NCBI GenBank assembly: GCA_965203095.1
Contig: OZ241877.1
Span: forward strand, 416,001-480,000
Direction of reading: 5' to 3'
Length of the DNA stretch: 64,000 bases
DNA from: Bdellovibrionales bacterium
GTDB taxonomy: Bacteria > Bdellovibrionota > Bdellovibrionia > Bdellovibrionales > UBA1609
Each line of letters starts with the position of its first letter. Within the stretch, counting starts at the first letter, position 1. Below are positions 28,134-37,667 of the stretch, one piece after another. The notes beneath the pieces were generated by a model that was given only the letters and a program-made list of their open reading frames with translations, did not search any database and had not been told where the DNA came from. The position numbers and the translations under genes were made by a program.

Positions 28134-29471
28134 ATGAAAACCCTTTTCTTCTGTCTGCTTTTCTTTTTATTGAGTTGTATGCAGGGTTCTTCCCCAACTA
28201 CTCCTACTGGTCTCACAGATGCTCCTCCACCCATTGAGAGGAAGTTCCCTAAACGACCAGACCCCATAAAACAAGCAGAATGCAATAAAAAAAGCCGTAG
28301 CAATGTATGTGAGGATAAGAAGGATTGTAAAGATATTTGCGATGATGTGTTTCGCTCTCGTGCGGACAAGAAGGACTGCTACAGGCTTCCGGAAAGCATA
28401 GTTGCTGAATTTGAAAAATTATTGGAGTTTGTAGAGGATGGGGATGTCCAGGATATAGACCCAGAGATTTTAGATTGTATGTTGGACATTGATGAGAGGG
28501 AGTTTGCCCGTTCGGTTAAAAAGATGAATCGGAGTGAGGCTAAGAGGTTTTTGGTAGCGGTTGCAGACGATGAGTCTTTAGCTGATGTGTTGGAGGGGGA
28601 AGATGATGAGTTTATGATTCTCAAGCAGGTTTTGAATAAGGGGACAGGGAGTAATGATTTGATTGTTCATTTGACTAAGGAGATTGATGATGACAAGAGT
28701 TTTTTTTGGCTATCGGCCGCTGGCAGTGAGAAGGCTTGGGAGTATTTTGATAATTATGTTGGGGATGAATGTGATAGTTCTCCGCCCGATATATGTTCTT
28801 CGGGGGATAATATTCAGGCTTATTGCAATGCCCTTGACGATGACCATATAAACAAGAGGGATTTAGAGGATTTTTTAACTGAGGCGGATCTTTTTGCTGA
28901 GGAATATGAGGAGGATGTGGAGGATGAGGATTATTTGTATGAGGTGGATGGTACTTCTGGCGACAATGATTTCCGGGATTGGTGTGAGAATACAGTTTTA
29001 TCTCCTAACCGCCCCACCCCTTGCCCTTCTGCTGGAACCGATCTTCCGGCAAATGAAAAATTAGCGACAATAACTTTTGCGGGAGCTACAGACCAATACT
29101 ATGTTATTGCTGGAGGTTTTTGTGGAAGAGGAAGTTCTCTAGACACTTTCGACCCGGGAATGGGTAGTGTGACTCCGGATCAAGATGTCATTCTCAAACT
29201 TAGTGATTACAGCACTGGGGAGTTGTATGTAGATAAAAGTAAAATAGGTTATAGCACTTCTAAAAAATACTATCTTTATATTGGAAATACCCCCCGACAT
29301 GACCTCAACGACAGTCCCGAAGATAGAACAGAAACTTGCCCAGAGATTACTAACCCCAGACCAGTTATCAGCTGGACCGGCTTTTTTGGCACTAATAGTT
29401 TCGATAGTCCTAAAGATGTTTGGTTAGCCAGTGATGACGGCAATGGCGGGAATTGCACATATTACAAATAA
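28134..29471 (+). CDS. Cys-rich, highly acidic lipoprotein of unknown function
   Basis: MKTLFFCLLFFLLSC lipobox; C-x5-C-x3-C cluster; Asp/Glu-rich N-terminal two-thirds. Confidence 0.75.
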   Translation: MKTLFFCLLFFLLSCMQGSSPTTPTGLTDAPPPIERKFPKRPDPIKQAECNKKSRSNVCEDKKDCKDICDDVFRSRADKKDCYRLPESIVAEFEKLLEFVEDGDVQDIDPEILDCMLDIDEREFARSVKKMNRSEAKRFLVAVADDESLADVLEGEDDEFMILKQVLNKGTGSNDLIVHLTKEIDDDKSFFWLSAAGSEKAWEYFDNYVGDECDSSPPDICSSGDNIQAYCNALDDDHINKRDLEDFLTEADLFAEEYEEDVEDEDYLYEVDGTSGDNDFRDWCENTVLSPNRPTPCPSAGTDLPANEKLATITFAGATDQYYVIAGGFCGRGSSLDTFDPGMGSVTPDQDVILKLSDYSTGELYVDKSKIGYSTSKKYYLYIGNTPRHDLNDSPEDRTETCPEITNPRPVISWTGFFGTNSFDSPKDVWLASDDGNGGNCTYYK

Positions 29472-29719
29472 TCCATTAAACTTTTTTATCTTAAAGGCCA
29501 TTCCATTTCAATCTCAAGCATTCCAACCTTGTTCGTCGTTCCCGTTTTGAGCGGGAATCCATGAGTCTTTGTCCTTTTCACAAAGTTTGTTAAAAAGCCC
29601 CTACCCTTTAGCTTTTTTTAGCAAAAACGGCTCTTGTTCGGGACGAAATATATCGAATCCAAACAAATTTATGGACTTTTTGCCTCAGTCAGCTATAATA
29701 ACAGCTCCAGGAGGGCAAA

Positions 29720-30403
29720 ATGGATTCATCTGATAGACAAAAAATAGACGAGATTTGGAGCATACTCAGAGAAACTGCTCGACGTCAAAAAGAGCGTCAG
29801 GAAGAACTGGCTCAACAAGAGAAACTGCGTGCTCAACAAAAGAAACTGCGTGCTCAACAAAAGAAACTGCGTGCTCAACAAGAGAAAAAGCAAAGGGAAG
29901 AGATGGCTCAACAAGAGAAAAAACGAAGGGAAGAGTTTGATCGGCACAGAAGAGAAACTGACCGGCGGATAAGGAAGTTAGATGAGCTTTTCACTTCTCA
30001 ATGGGGTCGCCTTATGGAAAGCCTTGTGGAAGGGGATTTGATTAAGGTTTTAGGAGAAAGAGGCGTTAAGATAGAAAATACCTATACCAATCTCAAAAAA
30101 GAATATGGGGAAGACCGATACGAATATGACATTATCGCGGCCAATGGGGAGGAAGTGGTGGTGGTTGAGGTTAAAACCACTTTGAGGGTCAAATATGTCA
30201 AGGCTTTTTTAGAGGATGTGCGAAAATTCACTACTCGGCGAAAGGTTTATAAGGGCCTTACAATTTATGGTGCGGTGGCTTTTTTGAGGACAGAGGAGGC
30301 GGCCAGCCGGTATGCTGAGTCTCAAGGTCTTTTTGTAATAAGGGCGACGGGGTCCAGTGCCAGCATAATCAACAAAGCCACTTTTAAACCCAAGCTTTTT
30401 TAA
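29720..30403 (+). CDS. Coiled-coil protein with C-terminal PD-(D/E)XK-like domain (DUF3782-like)
   Basis: QWGRLMESLV, EYDIIAANGEEVVVVEVKT, YGAVAF, GLFVIRATG; GGAGG RBS. Confidence 0.8.
   Translation: MDSSDRQKIDEIWSILRETARRQKERQEELAQQEKLRAQQKKLRAQQKKLRAQQEKKQREEMAQQEKKRREEFDRHRRETDRRIRKLDELFTSQWGRLMESLVEGDLIKVLGERGVKIENTYTNLKKEYGEDRYEYDIIAANGEEVVVVEVKTTLRVKYVKAFLEDVRKFTTRRKVYKGLTIYGAVAFLRTEEAASRYAESQGLFVIRATGSSASIINKATFKPKLF
29810..29936 (+). repeat. In-frame 21-bp tandem repeat (GCTCAACAARAGAAACTGCGT)
   Basis: Encodes AQQ(E/K)KLR heptads. Confidence 0.9.
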
Positions 30404-30446
30404 TTAAAACAGGAATTTTTTTTCACAATTCATTATCTAAAAGTGA

Positions 30447-31220
30447 TTGCTTTATAGCTATTATTGGAATAAATGGGACGGGATGAATATTCTCATTGTT
30501 TTTTGTTTTGCATTGGTTCTTTTCTTGTCCTGTTTGTTGGTGGCTCACTTTGGGAAAGGGTGGAATTTAAAACCTTTTGTGGCCTTTGGGGCCGGGGCTT
30601 TACTGTCGGTTTGTTTTTTGGATTTTCTCCCCCAGGCTTTTGATAAAAACCATGTTTTTGAAAAAACCCCTTTTTTTATCTTATTGGGGGTTATGGCTCA
30701 AAGTCTGGCCGATATTTACCTCCTCAACCGATTGAGCTTTTTAGACAAATGGCTCAAAACAGGTTCTTCCTCTCTCCCTCATGAGCACTCTCATACACTT
30801 AATCCGGGCACAGTGTGCTCTGTGACAGGTTGTTTGACTATATGCTCTTTTTTTGACGGTATTCGTTTATTTTCTGCTCTATTTATTGATGAGTTAGTGG
30901 CTTTCACGACAGCTGTGGGATTGTTTTTCCATCTCTTGTCTGAAGGGGTTTTGCTGGCTATTTTGGCCCTGTCTTCTGGCATTAAACTGCGGGTTCTTTT
31001 AATATTGGCACTGTGTATGGCTGGGGCTTTGATCTTAGGGGCTTTGTTGGCCCAGTCTTTTTCTGTTAGCTTTTCCTCCAGCTTGCTGATTGCTTTTTCT
31101 TCAGGAATTTTGATTTATGTTTGTTTTGTTCATCTTTTGCCACTTTGCCTGAAACAAAATAAAAAACTGTGGTTTTTTTCCGGTTTGGTTTTATTTTCTG
31201 CCTTTCATTTCCTTATTTGA
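30447..31220 (+). CDS. ZIP family metal transporter
   Basis: AFGAGALL..FLPQA, His-rich loop HEHSH, FFHLLSEG, GILIYV; real start may be ATG 30483. Confidence 0.85.
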   Translation: MLYSYYWNKWDGMNILIVFCFALVLFLSCLLVAHFGKGWNLKPFVAFGAGALLSVCFLDFLPQAFDKNHVFEKTPFFILLGVMAQSLADIYLLNRLSFLDKWLKTGSSSLPHEHSHTLNPGTVCSVTGCLTICSFFDGIRLFSALFIDELVAFTTAVGLFFHLLSEGVLLAILALSSGIKLRVLLILALCMAGALILGALLAQSFSVSFSSSLLIAFSSGILIYVCFVHLLPLCLKQNKKLWFFSGLVLFSAFHFLI

Positions 31221-31325
31221 AAACGAGCTTTTTTTGAAATGAGAATGTTTGCTAAAAGCCCTCCAACTTTTTGGTCCCGCGAAAATAGAAATTCAGAAAA
31301 GCGAGCCTAAAACCCCGGGCTTTTG

Positions 31326-31898
31326 TTAAGAAAAAACTTCCAAAAAATTTTCCGGTAAATTTAAAATCAGTTTTTTTTGAGAAAAAAATATCTCATGAAC
31401 ATACTCTTTCACAAAGGGGATCAAAAGGGCAGGTTCTTGTTCCTGCTGAACCAGCAAAAAATCTTGAAATGAATGAGAATAAAAAGCCTGAACCTCTCCT
31501 ATAAGCCCTCGGCCTAAGGCATGAACAGAAAAAGATCTCAACTCAGTGAGATAAATGAACTCTCCTTTTCGACTTTGGAATAGCGACTTGGGCAAAAAAA
31601 CAGCTTGATCTCTTAGGCTTTCAGCAGAAGACTTGTCCCTCACCTGATCCAAATAAAAAATAAGCCCTCCTTTGTGAACAGAATACTTTTTAACAGAAAA
31701 ATGGCTTTTCCCAATAAATAACTGTTTGATGGGCTGAGGCCATTTTAATGGATCATTTAAGCAGTAAACAAAAATTCCACCTTTTACCCCCTGAGGTTTA
31801 AGCACAGTGCCCACTTTTAAACATGAAGATGGATCGGGATAGAATGACTGCCGGATGGAGTTGGTTTTTTTAAAAACGAGGGGCAGGGCCTTTTTCAT
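31326..31898 (-). CDS. rimM: Ribosome maturation factor RimM
   Basis: VGTVLKPQGVKG, EFIYLTEL, LLIPFVKEYV; follows rpsP-khpA. Confidence 0.9.
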   Translation of the reverse strand: MKKALPLVFKKTNSIRQSFYPDPSSCLKVGTVLKPQGVKGGIFVYCLNDPLKWPQPIKQLFIGKSHFSVKKYSVHKGGLIFYLDQVRDKSSAESLRDQAVFLPKSLFQSRKGEFIYLTELRSFSVHALGRGLIGEVQAFYSHSFQDFLLVQQEQEPALLIPFVKEYVHEIFFSQKKLILNLPENFLEVFS

Positions 31899-32136
31899 CT
31901 TCCTCAACAAGGTAAAAAACACAACGTTTGTTTTGTTTTACGCCAAATGCCCCCACGATAGTCCTCAGGGCCTCAATGTTTTTACCATTCCTTCCAATAA
32001 TTTTACCCATATCCTTTTTTGCGACACGGACTGAAAACACAATAGCCCTCTCCTTTTGGCTTTCTATCACTTCCACCTGATCCGGCTCACTCACAAGCCT
32101 TTTTACAAGAGCGGTCACAGTTTTTTGCAGTTCCAT
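31870..32136 (-). CDS. khpA: KH-domain RNA-binding protein
   Basis: LVSEPDQVEV, DMGKIIGRNGKNIEALRTIV; between rpsP and rimM. Confidence 0.92.
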   Translation of the reverse strand: MELQKTVTALVKRLVSEPDQVEVIESQKERAIVFSVRVAKKDMGKIIGRNGKNIEALRTIVGAFGVKQNKRCVFYLVEEDEKGPAPRF

Positions 32137-32142
32137 AATATT

Positions 32143-32376
32143 CTAACTCATCTTGGCAAAAAGGCTTTTAACTCTCCGACTGGGCTGAGCACCCTTTTTC
32201 AACCAAAATTCATATTTCTCCTTGTCTATTACAGCTTTGTTCTCTTTTGAAAGAGGATCAAAATATCCTATTTGCTCAATAAACCGACCTTGAGGGGCTT
32301 TTCGAGAATCGGCCACTGCCAGCCGGTATTTGGCTCTGTTTTTAGCACCAACTCTCACTAATCGAATAACCACCAT
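32143..32376 (-). CDS. rpsP: 30S ribosomal protein S16
   Basis: VIRLVRVGAK, VADSR, GRFIEQIGYFDP, GAQPS. Confidence 0.98.
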   Translation of the reverse strand: MVVIRLVRVGAKNRAKYRLAVADSRKAPQGRFIEQIGYFDPLSKENKAVIDKEKYEFWLKKGAQPSRRVKSLFAKMS

Positions 32377-32451
32377 AATTCCCTCTCCTCTTTTTTTAAA
32401 AGTTTATAATATTAAATAATAGGGCCTTGTCAATAAAAAAACATTATTCTT

Positions 32452-33585
32452 CTAAAGGGCTAAAGTCTCTTCAATTTGCAGGCCATAGCCTTTTAGGCCA
32501 ATTTTTTTCCCCGATCTGTTGGTGATGAGCCGGATACGGCGGATTCCTAAAGCTCTTAAAATTTGTGCCCCAATGCCATAGTCCCTCTCATCAGACTTCA
32601 ATGGCCAAGGGCGACTTTCAGGTTCTGTTTTGTTTTTATGACATTGAGCAAACTTAGACAGGCTATTTTGCATCCGCAGATAAATCAGCAGGCCCTTGCC
32701 CTCTTTGTTGATCAAATCAACAGCCTTTTTGAGATACTGACCTGTGGGAAAAAGCTGATCTTGAAACAGATCCCCTGTTAAACAAGAGGTTTGAACACGA
32801 ACCAGAACTGGTTCCTTAGGCTGAATATCCCCTTTAACACAGGCCAAATGCTCTCTTTCGTTTACAGAATCATAAAAAACAGACAGATTCCAGCCTTCCC
32901 CCATACTTGTTTGAAAGGGGGCTTTTACTCGCTCTTCAACTAAAGAATCATGGGCCAAACGATATTTTATAAGGGATTCAATAGAACCGATTTTTAAGCC
33001 ATGTTTTTTGGCAAAAGCCCAAAGCTCAGGGATGCGGGCCATTGTGCCATCAGGATTGACAATCTCACAAATCACAGCAGAAGGATTCAATCCGGCCAGT
33101 TTGCAAAAATCCACACTGGCTTCCGTATGTCCTGCTCTTTTTAAAACCCCTCCTTTTTGAGCACGAATAGGAAAAATATGCCCCGGACGAATCACATCCT
33201 CTGGCCGGGCTCTCGGATTACAAAGTGTTTTTACAGTTTGGGCCCGATCGGCTGAGGAAATGCCTGTAGAAACCCCTTTCGCGGCCTCCACACTGACGGT
33301 AAAGGCCGTTCGATGAGGGGAGAAGTTATCCTCTTCCCTCACCATTAAACCTAAGGATAGCCTTTTGGCTTGCTCTGAGTTAATGGAAACACAAATAAGC
33401 CCTCTGGCCTCAACAGCCATAAAATTTATAGCGGAAGGGCTGATAAAATCAGAGGCGATCATCAGATCCCCTTCGTTTTCCCGATTCTCATCATCTACCA
33501 GTATGACAAAACGGCCCTTTTTCAGATCTTCTAAAATCTCTTCAACGGAATGAAATGGCATTACCCTAAAAACCTTTGCTCTCAC
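32452..33585 (-). CDS. ribB: DHBP synthase fused to a degenerate GTP cyclohydrolase II domain (RibBX type)
   Basis: DDENRENEGD, TAFTVSV, GISSADRA, RPGHIFP, RAGHTEA; RibA-like half lacks the RCDC zinc cysteines. Confidence 0.9.
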   Translation of the reverse strand: MRAKVFRVMPFHSVEEILEDLKKGRFVILVDDENRENEGDLMIASDFISPSAINFMAVEARGLICVSINSEQAKRLSLGLMVREEDNFSPHRTAFTVSVEAAKGVSTGISSADRAQTVKTLCNPRARPEDVIRPGHIFPIRAQKGGVLKRAGHTEASVDFCKLAGLNPSAVICEIVNPDGTMARIPELWAFAKKHGLKIGSIESLIKYRLAHDSLVEERVKAPFQTSMGEGWNLSVFYDSVNEREHLACVKGDIQPKEPVLVRVQTSCLTGDLFQDQLFPTGQYLKKAVDLINKEGKGLLIYLRMQNSLSKFAQCHKNKTEPESRPWPLKSDERDYGIGAQILRALGIRRIRLITNRSGKKIGLKGYGLQIEETLAL

Positions 33586-34007
33586 TCAGCATTTTTTTTG
33601 ATCTGCTGTATCTCCTCATCATCCTCAATTAAAATATCACTTTTAGAGCGAGACTCTTTTGGATTTTCTTTTCGTACCATTTTTAAAAAATGATGGGATA
33701 CGCGGTCCTGATGGGCCTTCACCTCCTGTTCAGAAAGATCAATCACCACATCACCAAAACAGTAAAGTTGGCAAGCCAAGCGTCTTTGATCGATATAATG
33801 CCCTTGCCCTATAAGCTTAAGCTCCTTAGCTGAAGGCAATATCAAATTGCTTTCCCCCTCTTTAATAAAAACCCGACAGTCCCCACAACTGCACATCCCA
33901 TTGCATGAGGATTGAATGTTCAAGCCTAACTCCCGGCTGATATCTAAAACTGTTTTTTCAGGATAAATATCTGCTGAAATATTTTGAGGCATAAATTTAA
34001 GTTTCAT
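33582..34007 (-). CDS. 2Fe-2S ferredoxin-domain protein
   Basis: SSCNGMCSCGDC and RLACQ. Confidence 0.9.
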   Translation of the reverse strand: MKLKFMPQNISADIYPEKTVLDISRELGLNIQSSCNGMCSCGDCRVFIKEGESNLILPSAKELKLIGQGHYIDQRRLACQLYCFGDVVIDLSEQEVKAHQDRVSHHFLKMVRKENPKESRSKSDILIEDDEEIQQIKKNAE

Positions 34008-34196
34008 TATAAAGCCTTGTTTAAGTCAAATTATGTAAAAAATTTAAACCCCTAAGCTTTTTGTCAAAAAAAGAACAAGTCTTTCTTAAGCAAACAATTT
34101 AAAAAAGCCAAAAGCTCAAACAAAGGCAATATAAAGGATCCTGCCCAAGGATTCAAGTCCCTCATGAGCTTTTTTCCACTTTCTTTTCAAATAAAC

Positions 34197-34229
34197 CCTG
34201 AGATTCCCGCTTTTGCAGGAGTCTCAGGC
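34197..34229. terminator. REP-derived hairpin just downstream of mfd, candidate terminator
   Basis: CCTGAGATTCC..GGAGTCTCAGG stem. Confidence 0.45.
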
Positions 34230-34239
34230 CCCATCTATG

Positions 34240-37200
34240 TTAGCTGAGTTGGCACAATATTTTTTCCACATCTTCCATAAAGCCATTGCCACTTAAAGGG
34301 ATTTTGCAGTTTTGAGGGCTAAGCATTTGCCCTTTATAATCTTCTATTAGTTTTAAAATCTTTTCAGGAGATACTGAGGTTTTTTCATGCCAACTCAAAT
34401 AAAGATTTTCCCCAGCAATTTTAAAATCCCTTATAAGGAGTTTTTTGCAAAAATCCCTAATCTTTAAAAGGAAAAACAGATGGTTCAGCTCAATGGGAAT
34501 GGGGCCAAAGTCTTCCAGTAGATCCCTTTCAATATTTTGACGAGCGGGCTCCTCAGCTTCTGAGAGGCTCTTGTAATAAAGCAATCTTAAACGAGGGTCA
34601 GGAATATAATTTGAGGGGATATGGCTATCAAAGGGAAGAGAGATTTCCGGTTCTATAACAATCTTTTTTTGATCTCTTAACTGCTCATTTAAAATTTCAA
34701 AATAAAGCTCTTCCCCCAGGTTTTGCAGATGGCCACTCTGCTCAGATCCAAAAAGAGATCCGGCCCCGCGATTTTCTAAATCCTTTAGTGCTAACTGGAA
34801 AGAAAGCCCCAATCCGGCATATTTTTCCAAAAGGCTCAGTCGCTCTTTAGCCAAAACCGAAAGGCGATCTTTTGCCGGGAAAAGCAAGTAGCAGTAAGCC
34901 TCCTCCTGGCCTCGCCCCACACGGCCCTTAAGCTGATAGATCTGACTGAGGCCCATTTCATGAGCTCTGTCAATAAATAAAGTGTTGGCTTGGGGAAGAT
35001 CCATTCCTGATTCAATAATGTTTGTGGATACCAACATATCATATTTTTTCTCAAAAAAATCCAGCATGATTTTATCTAAACCCGGTGATTGCCCTTGAGC
35101 TGTCACTATCCGAAAATGAGGGAGCCGGCTTTGCAACTGCTCTAACCTCTGAAATAAAGTTTTTATCCGATTATGGACAAAAAGGATCTGGCCCCCACGA
35201 GCTTTTTCTTTTTTGCAAGCCCTGATTATATCATCCATAGAAGTCCAAGTCTTTAAAATGATCTGAACTGGTTTTCTTTTAGGAGGAGGCTCGGATATCA
35301 CACTGATATCTTTAATCCCTGTTAAAGCCATATTTAAAGTCCTCGGAATAGGAGTTGCAGAAAGGGATAAAACATCTAAATTTTTCCAAGATCGTAAAAG
35401 TCTCTCCTTTTGCCGGACTCCAAAGCGATGCTCTTCATCCACAACTAAAAGTCTTAAGTTTTTAAAAAACAATTTTGAGCTAAAAACAGAGTGAGTGGCT
35501 ATAAGAAGATCAACTCTCCCCGTTTTCACTTCCTGAAAAAGCTTTTCCCTTTGCTTTAAAGAGCTAAAGCGACTGAGCAAAGCCAACTCAAAAGGATAAT
35601 CTTTAAATCTCTGTTGGAAATTTTTAAAATGCTGTAATGCCAAAACCGTTGTAGGGGCTAAAAGGCAGACCTGAAAACCATTTTCCAAAGCTCTAAAAAT
35701 GGCTCTTAAAGCCACCTCTGTTTTTCCAAAACCAGTGTCTCCTGCAAGCAATCGATCCATAGGCTGGGGGCTATCCATATCCGCCATGATTTCCTGAATG
35801 GCACGGCTTTGATCCTTTGTCTCTTTCCAAAGGAATTTTTTGGCAAAACAGGCCAGAGCCTCTTGAACTTTGGCAAAAGGCGGGCGGGTTTTTTGTTTTC
35901 GCATTTTGTAAATTTCCATCAGTTCAATAGCTAAACTTTGAATATGTTTTTTGGCCTTACTCTTTTTTCTCTCCCAGGATTGTGGCCGGCCCAACTGATC
36001 GAGCAAAGTTTTAGAAATAGCTGATCCTCTTTTTCGTGCATAACATTTTACCTGAGAGGCCCTGTAGGCGGGAACAAATAGTTGATCCCCAGCTTTGTAT
36101 TTGAGAACAATAAAATCCTCAAATTGGCCTTGCAGGGGAAGACTTTTTAAACCCACAAACTCCCCTACCCCATACTGAATATGGACTAAAAGATCCCCTT
36201 CCTCTAACTGAGAAAACTCTATAGCTCTCGCTTTTTGCCGGAAAAAGTCAAAATGGCGGGATGAGTGATCTTTTTTTGGTAAAAGGCTTAAGGCTTGCAA
36301 ATAAGCTGTCTCTCCTGGACAAAAAAAGCTTTCTCTCAAATGGCCTTTAAGGAAAATCAAATTTTTCCCACAAAAAAAATCTTCATCTTCTGGATTTAAA
36401 ATCTGCTCTTTTAACAATAGTTTTTTCAATTCATCCTGAGACTCTCCCACAAACACAATATGACGAGCGGGAAGATTTAAAAGATCTTCCCTCAAACATT
36501 CGGTCTTTTTAAACAGAGAAGAGGAAAAGCTTTTCAAAAAAGAGGGCTTTTGCCTTTCAGATGAATCTTTTTTTAGGGAAAAAGCCCTTAAATTTATCAC
36601 CTGATTTTGTTGGGCGGAAAAGCGACTATCCTTTTGATACTGGACTATTTTTTTCTCAAAATAGTTAAAGTCCAAAAAAATATTTTCTGTATGGATAGGA
36701 GATTGTTCCTTCTCCCAAAGGATCCGCTCTTCCATAAACTGAGCTTTAGCCTTTTCTGGCTCAAAAAACCATAATTGAGGCGGATCTAAAAAACAGTCCA
36801 AGGAGCAGGTTTTATCCCAATAGTTGAGAAAAACCTCAAAGCCTTCGGGCCTATTCCCTCTGGCTACAGATTTAAAAAAACCATAAGGTAAAGCCGGCTC
36901 TAATCCTTTAAAATGCTGGCAAAGCTTTTTTCTGTCCTCAACTGTCCAGCTCCATTCATAAAGAGGGGGGATGAGGGCCTTTTCCATCTCTATTTGTCTT
37001 TTTTTAAAAAGCTTATCCAACAGATGGATGGACTGCACTTTTGAGCCAACAAGCTCTATCCTTAAAGGCGTTTTATAAGCGGGAGAGTATATGTCCATCA
37101 AAAAGCCTCTGATAGAAAAATCACCGGGCCTCTCCACAAAGGCCCTTTCCCTATAAGTAATTAGAGCTGACATATCAAAACTCTGATCTTTTTTGATGAC

Positions 37201-37593
37201 ATAAGTTTTCAAAAAGCTGTTTGTTTTTTTGAGAAGAGCGGGAACTGTAGATAAAAACAAAGCAGGCTCAGAGCTTTTGGCCTGAGTTTGCCATTTTCTC
37301 CTCTCCCATAAGATCTTATCTGTGCCAGGTGAGCGGGGCTGAGGGAATGGAGGCAGGACATACCAAGGAAGAGGAGGGTTTTTAAACTGCAAAAAAGATT
37401 GGAGTTTTTTGAGATCGGAACTTTCTGCCACAATAAGATGTTTTAAGTGAGAAAGACTTTTCTTCTCAAAAATAAGGGCCAGACTGGATATGGCCTCTAC
37501 ACCGGACATTTCTAAAGAAGAATGGGAAGAGGAGCTTTTCATCCTTTTTGCTCTTAACACAGAGCTTGTGGCTTTAAAAGCCTCTTCTGTCAA
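34240..37593 (-). CDS. mfd: Transcription-repair coupling factor
   Basis: CarD-like VHIQYGVG, DRLLAGDTGFGKTEVA, VVDEEHRFGV, SATPIPRTL, QLKGRVGR, DLENRGAG, TRCF domain; start uncertain. Confidence 0.95.
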   Translation of the reverse strand: MTEEAFKATSSVLRAKRMKSSSSHSSLEMSGVEAISSLALIFEKKSLSHLKHLIVAESSDLKKLQSFLQFKNPPLPWYVLPPFPQPRSPGTDKILWERRKWQTQAKSSEPALFLSTVPALLKKTNSFLKTYVIKKDQSFDMSALITYRERAFVERPGDFSIRGFLMDIYSPAYKTPLRIELVGSKVQSIHLLDKLFKKRQIEMEKALIPPLYEWSWTVEDRKKLCQHFKGLEPALPYGFFKSVARGNRPEGFEVFLNYWDKTCSLDCFLDPPQLWFFEPEKAKAQFMEERILWEKEQSPIHTENIFLDFNYFEKKIVQYQKDSRFSAQQNQVINLRAFSLKKDSSERQKPSFLKSFSSSLFKKTECLREDLLNLPARHIVFVGESQDELKKLLLKEQILNPEDEDFFCGKNLIFLKGHLRESFFCPGETAYLQALSLLPKKDHSSRHFDFFRQKARAIEFSQLEEGDLLVHIQYGVGEFVGLKSLPLQGQFEDFIVLKYKAGDQLFVPAYRASQVKCYARKRGSAISKTLLDQLGRPQSWERKKSKAKKHIQSLAIELMEIYKMRKQKTRPPFAKVQEALACFAKKFLWKETKDQSRAIQEIMADMDSPQPMDRLLAGDTGFGKTEVALRAIFRALENGFQVCLLAPTTVLALQHFKNFQQRFKDYPFELALLSRFSSLKQREKLFQEVKTGRVDLLIATHSVFSSKLFFKNLRLLVVDEEHRFGVRQKERLLRSWKNLDVLSLSATPIPRTLNMALTGIKDISVISEPPPKRKPVQIILKTWTSMDDIIRACKKEKARGGQILFVHNRIKTLFQRLEQLQSRLPHFRIVTAQGQSPGLDKIMLDFFEKKYDMLVSTNIIESGMDLPQANTLFIDRAHEMGLSQIYQLKGRVGRGQEEAYCYLLFPAKDRLSVLAKERLSLLEKYAGLGLSFQLALKDLENRGAGSLFGSEQSGHLQNLGEELYFEILNEQLRDQKKIVIEPEISLPFDSHIPSNYIPDPRLRLLYYKSLSEAEEPARQNIERDLLEDFGPIPIELNHLFFLLKIRDFCKKLLIRDFKIAGENLYLSWHEKTSVSPEKILKLIEDYKGQMLSPQNCKIPLSGNGFMEDVEKILCQLS

Positions 37594-37667
37594 AACAACT
37601 GTATTCTGTCAAAAAAATAGATATTAATAGTTTTCAGATCTGTCCATTTCGGTTAAATAAAATCATA

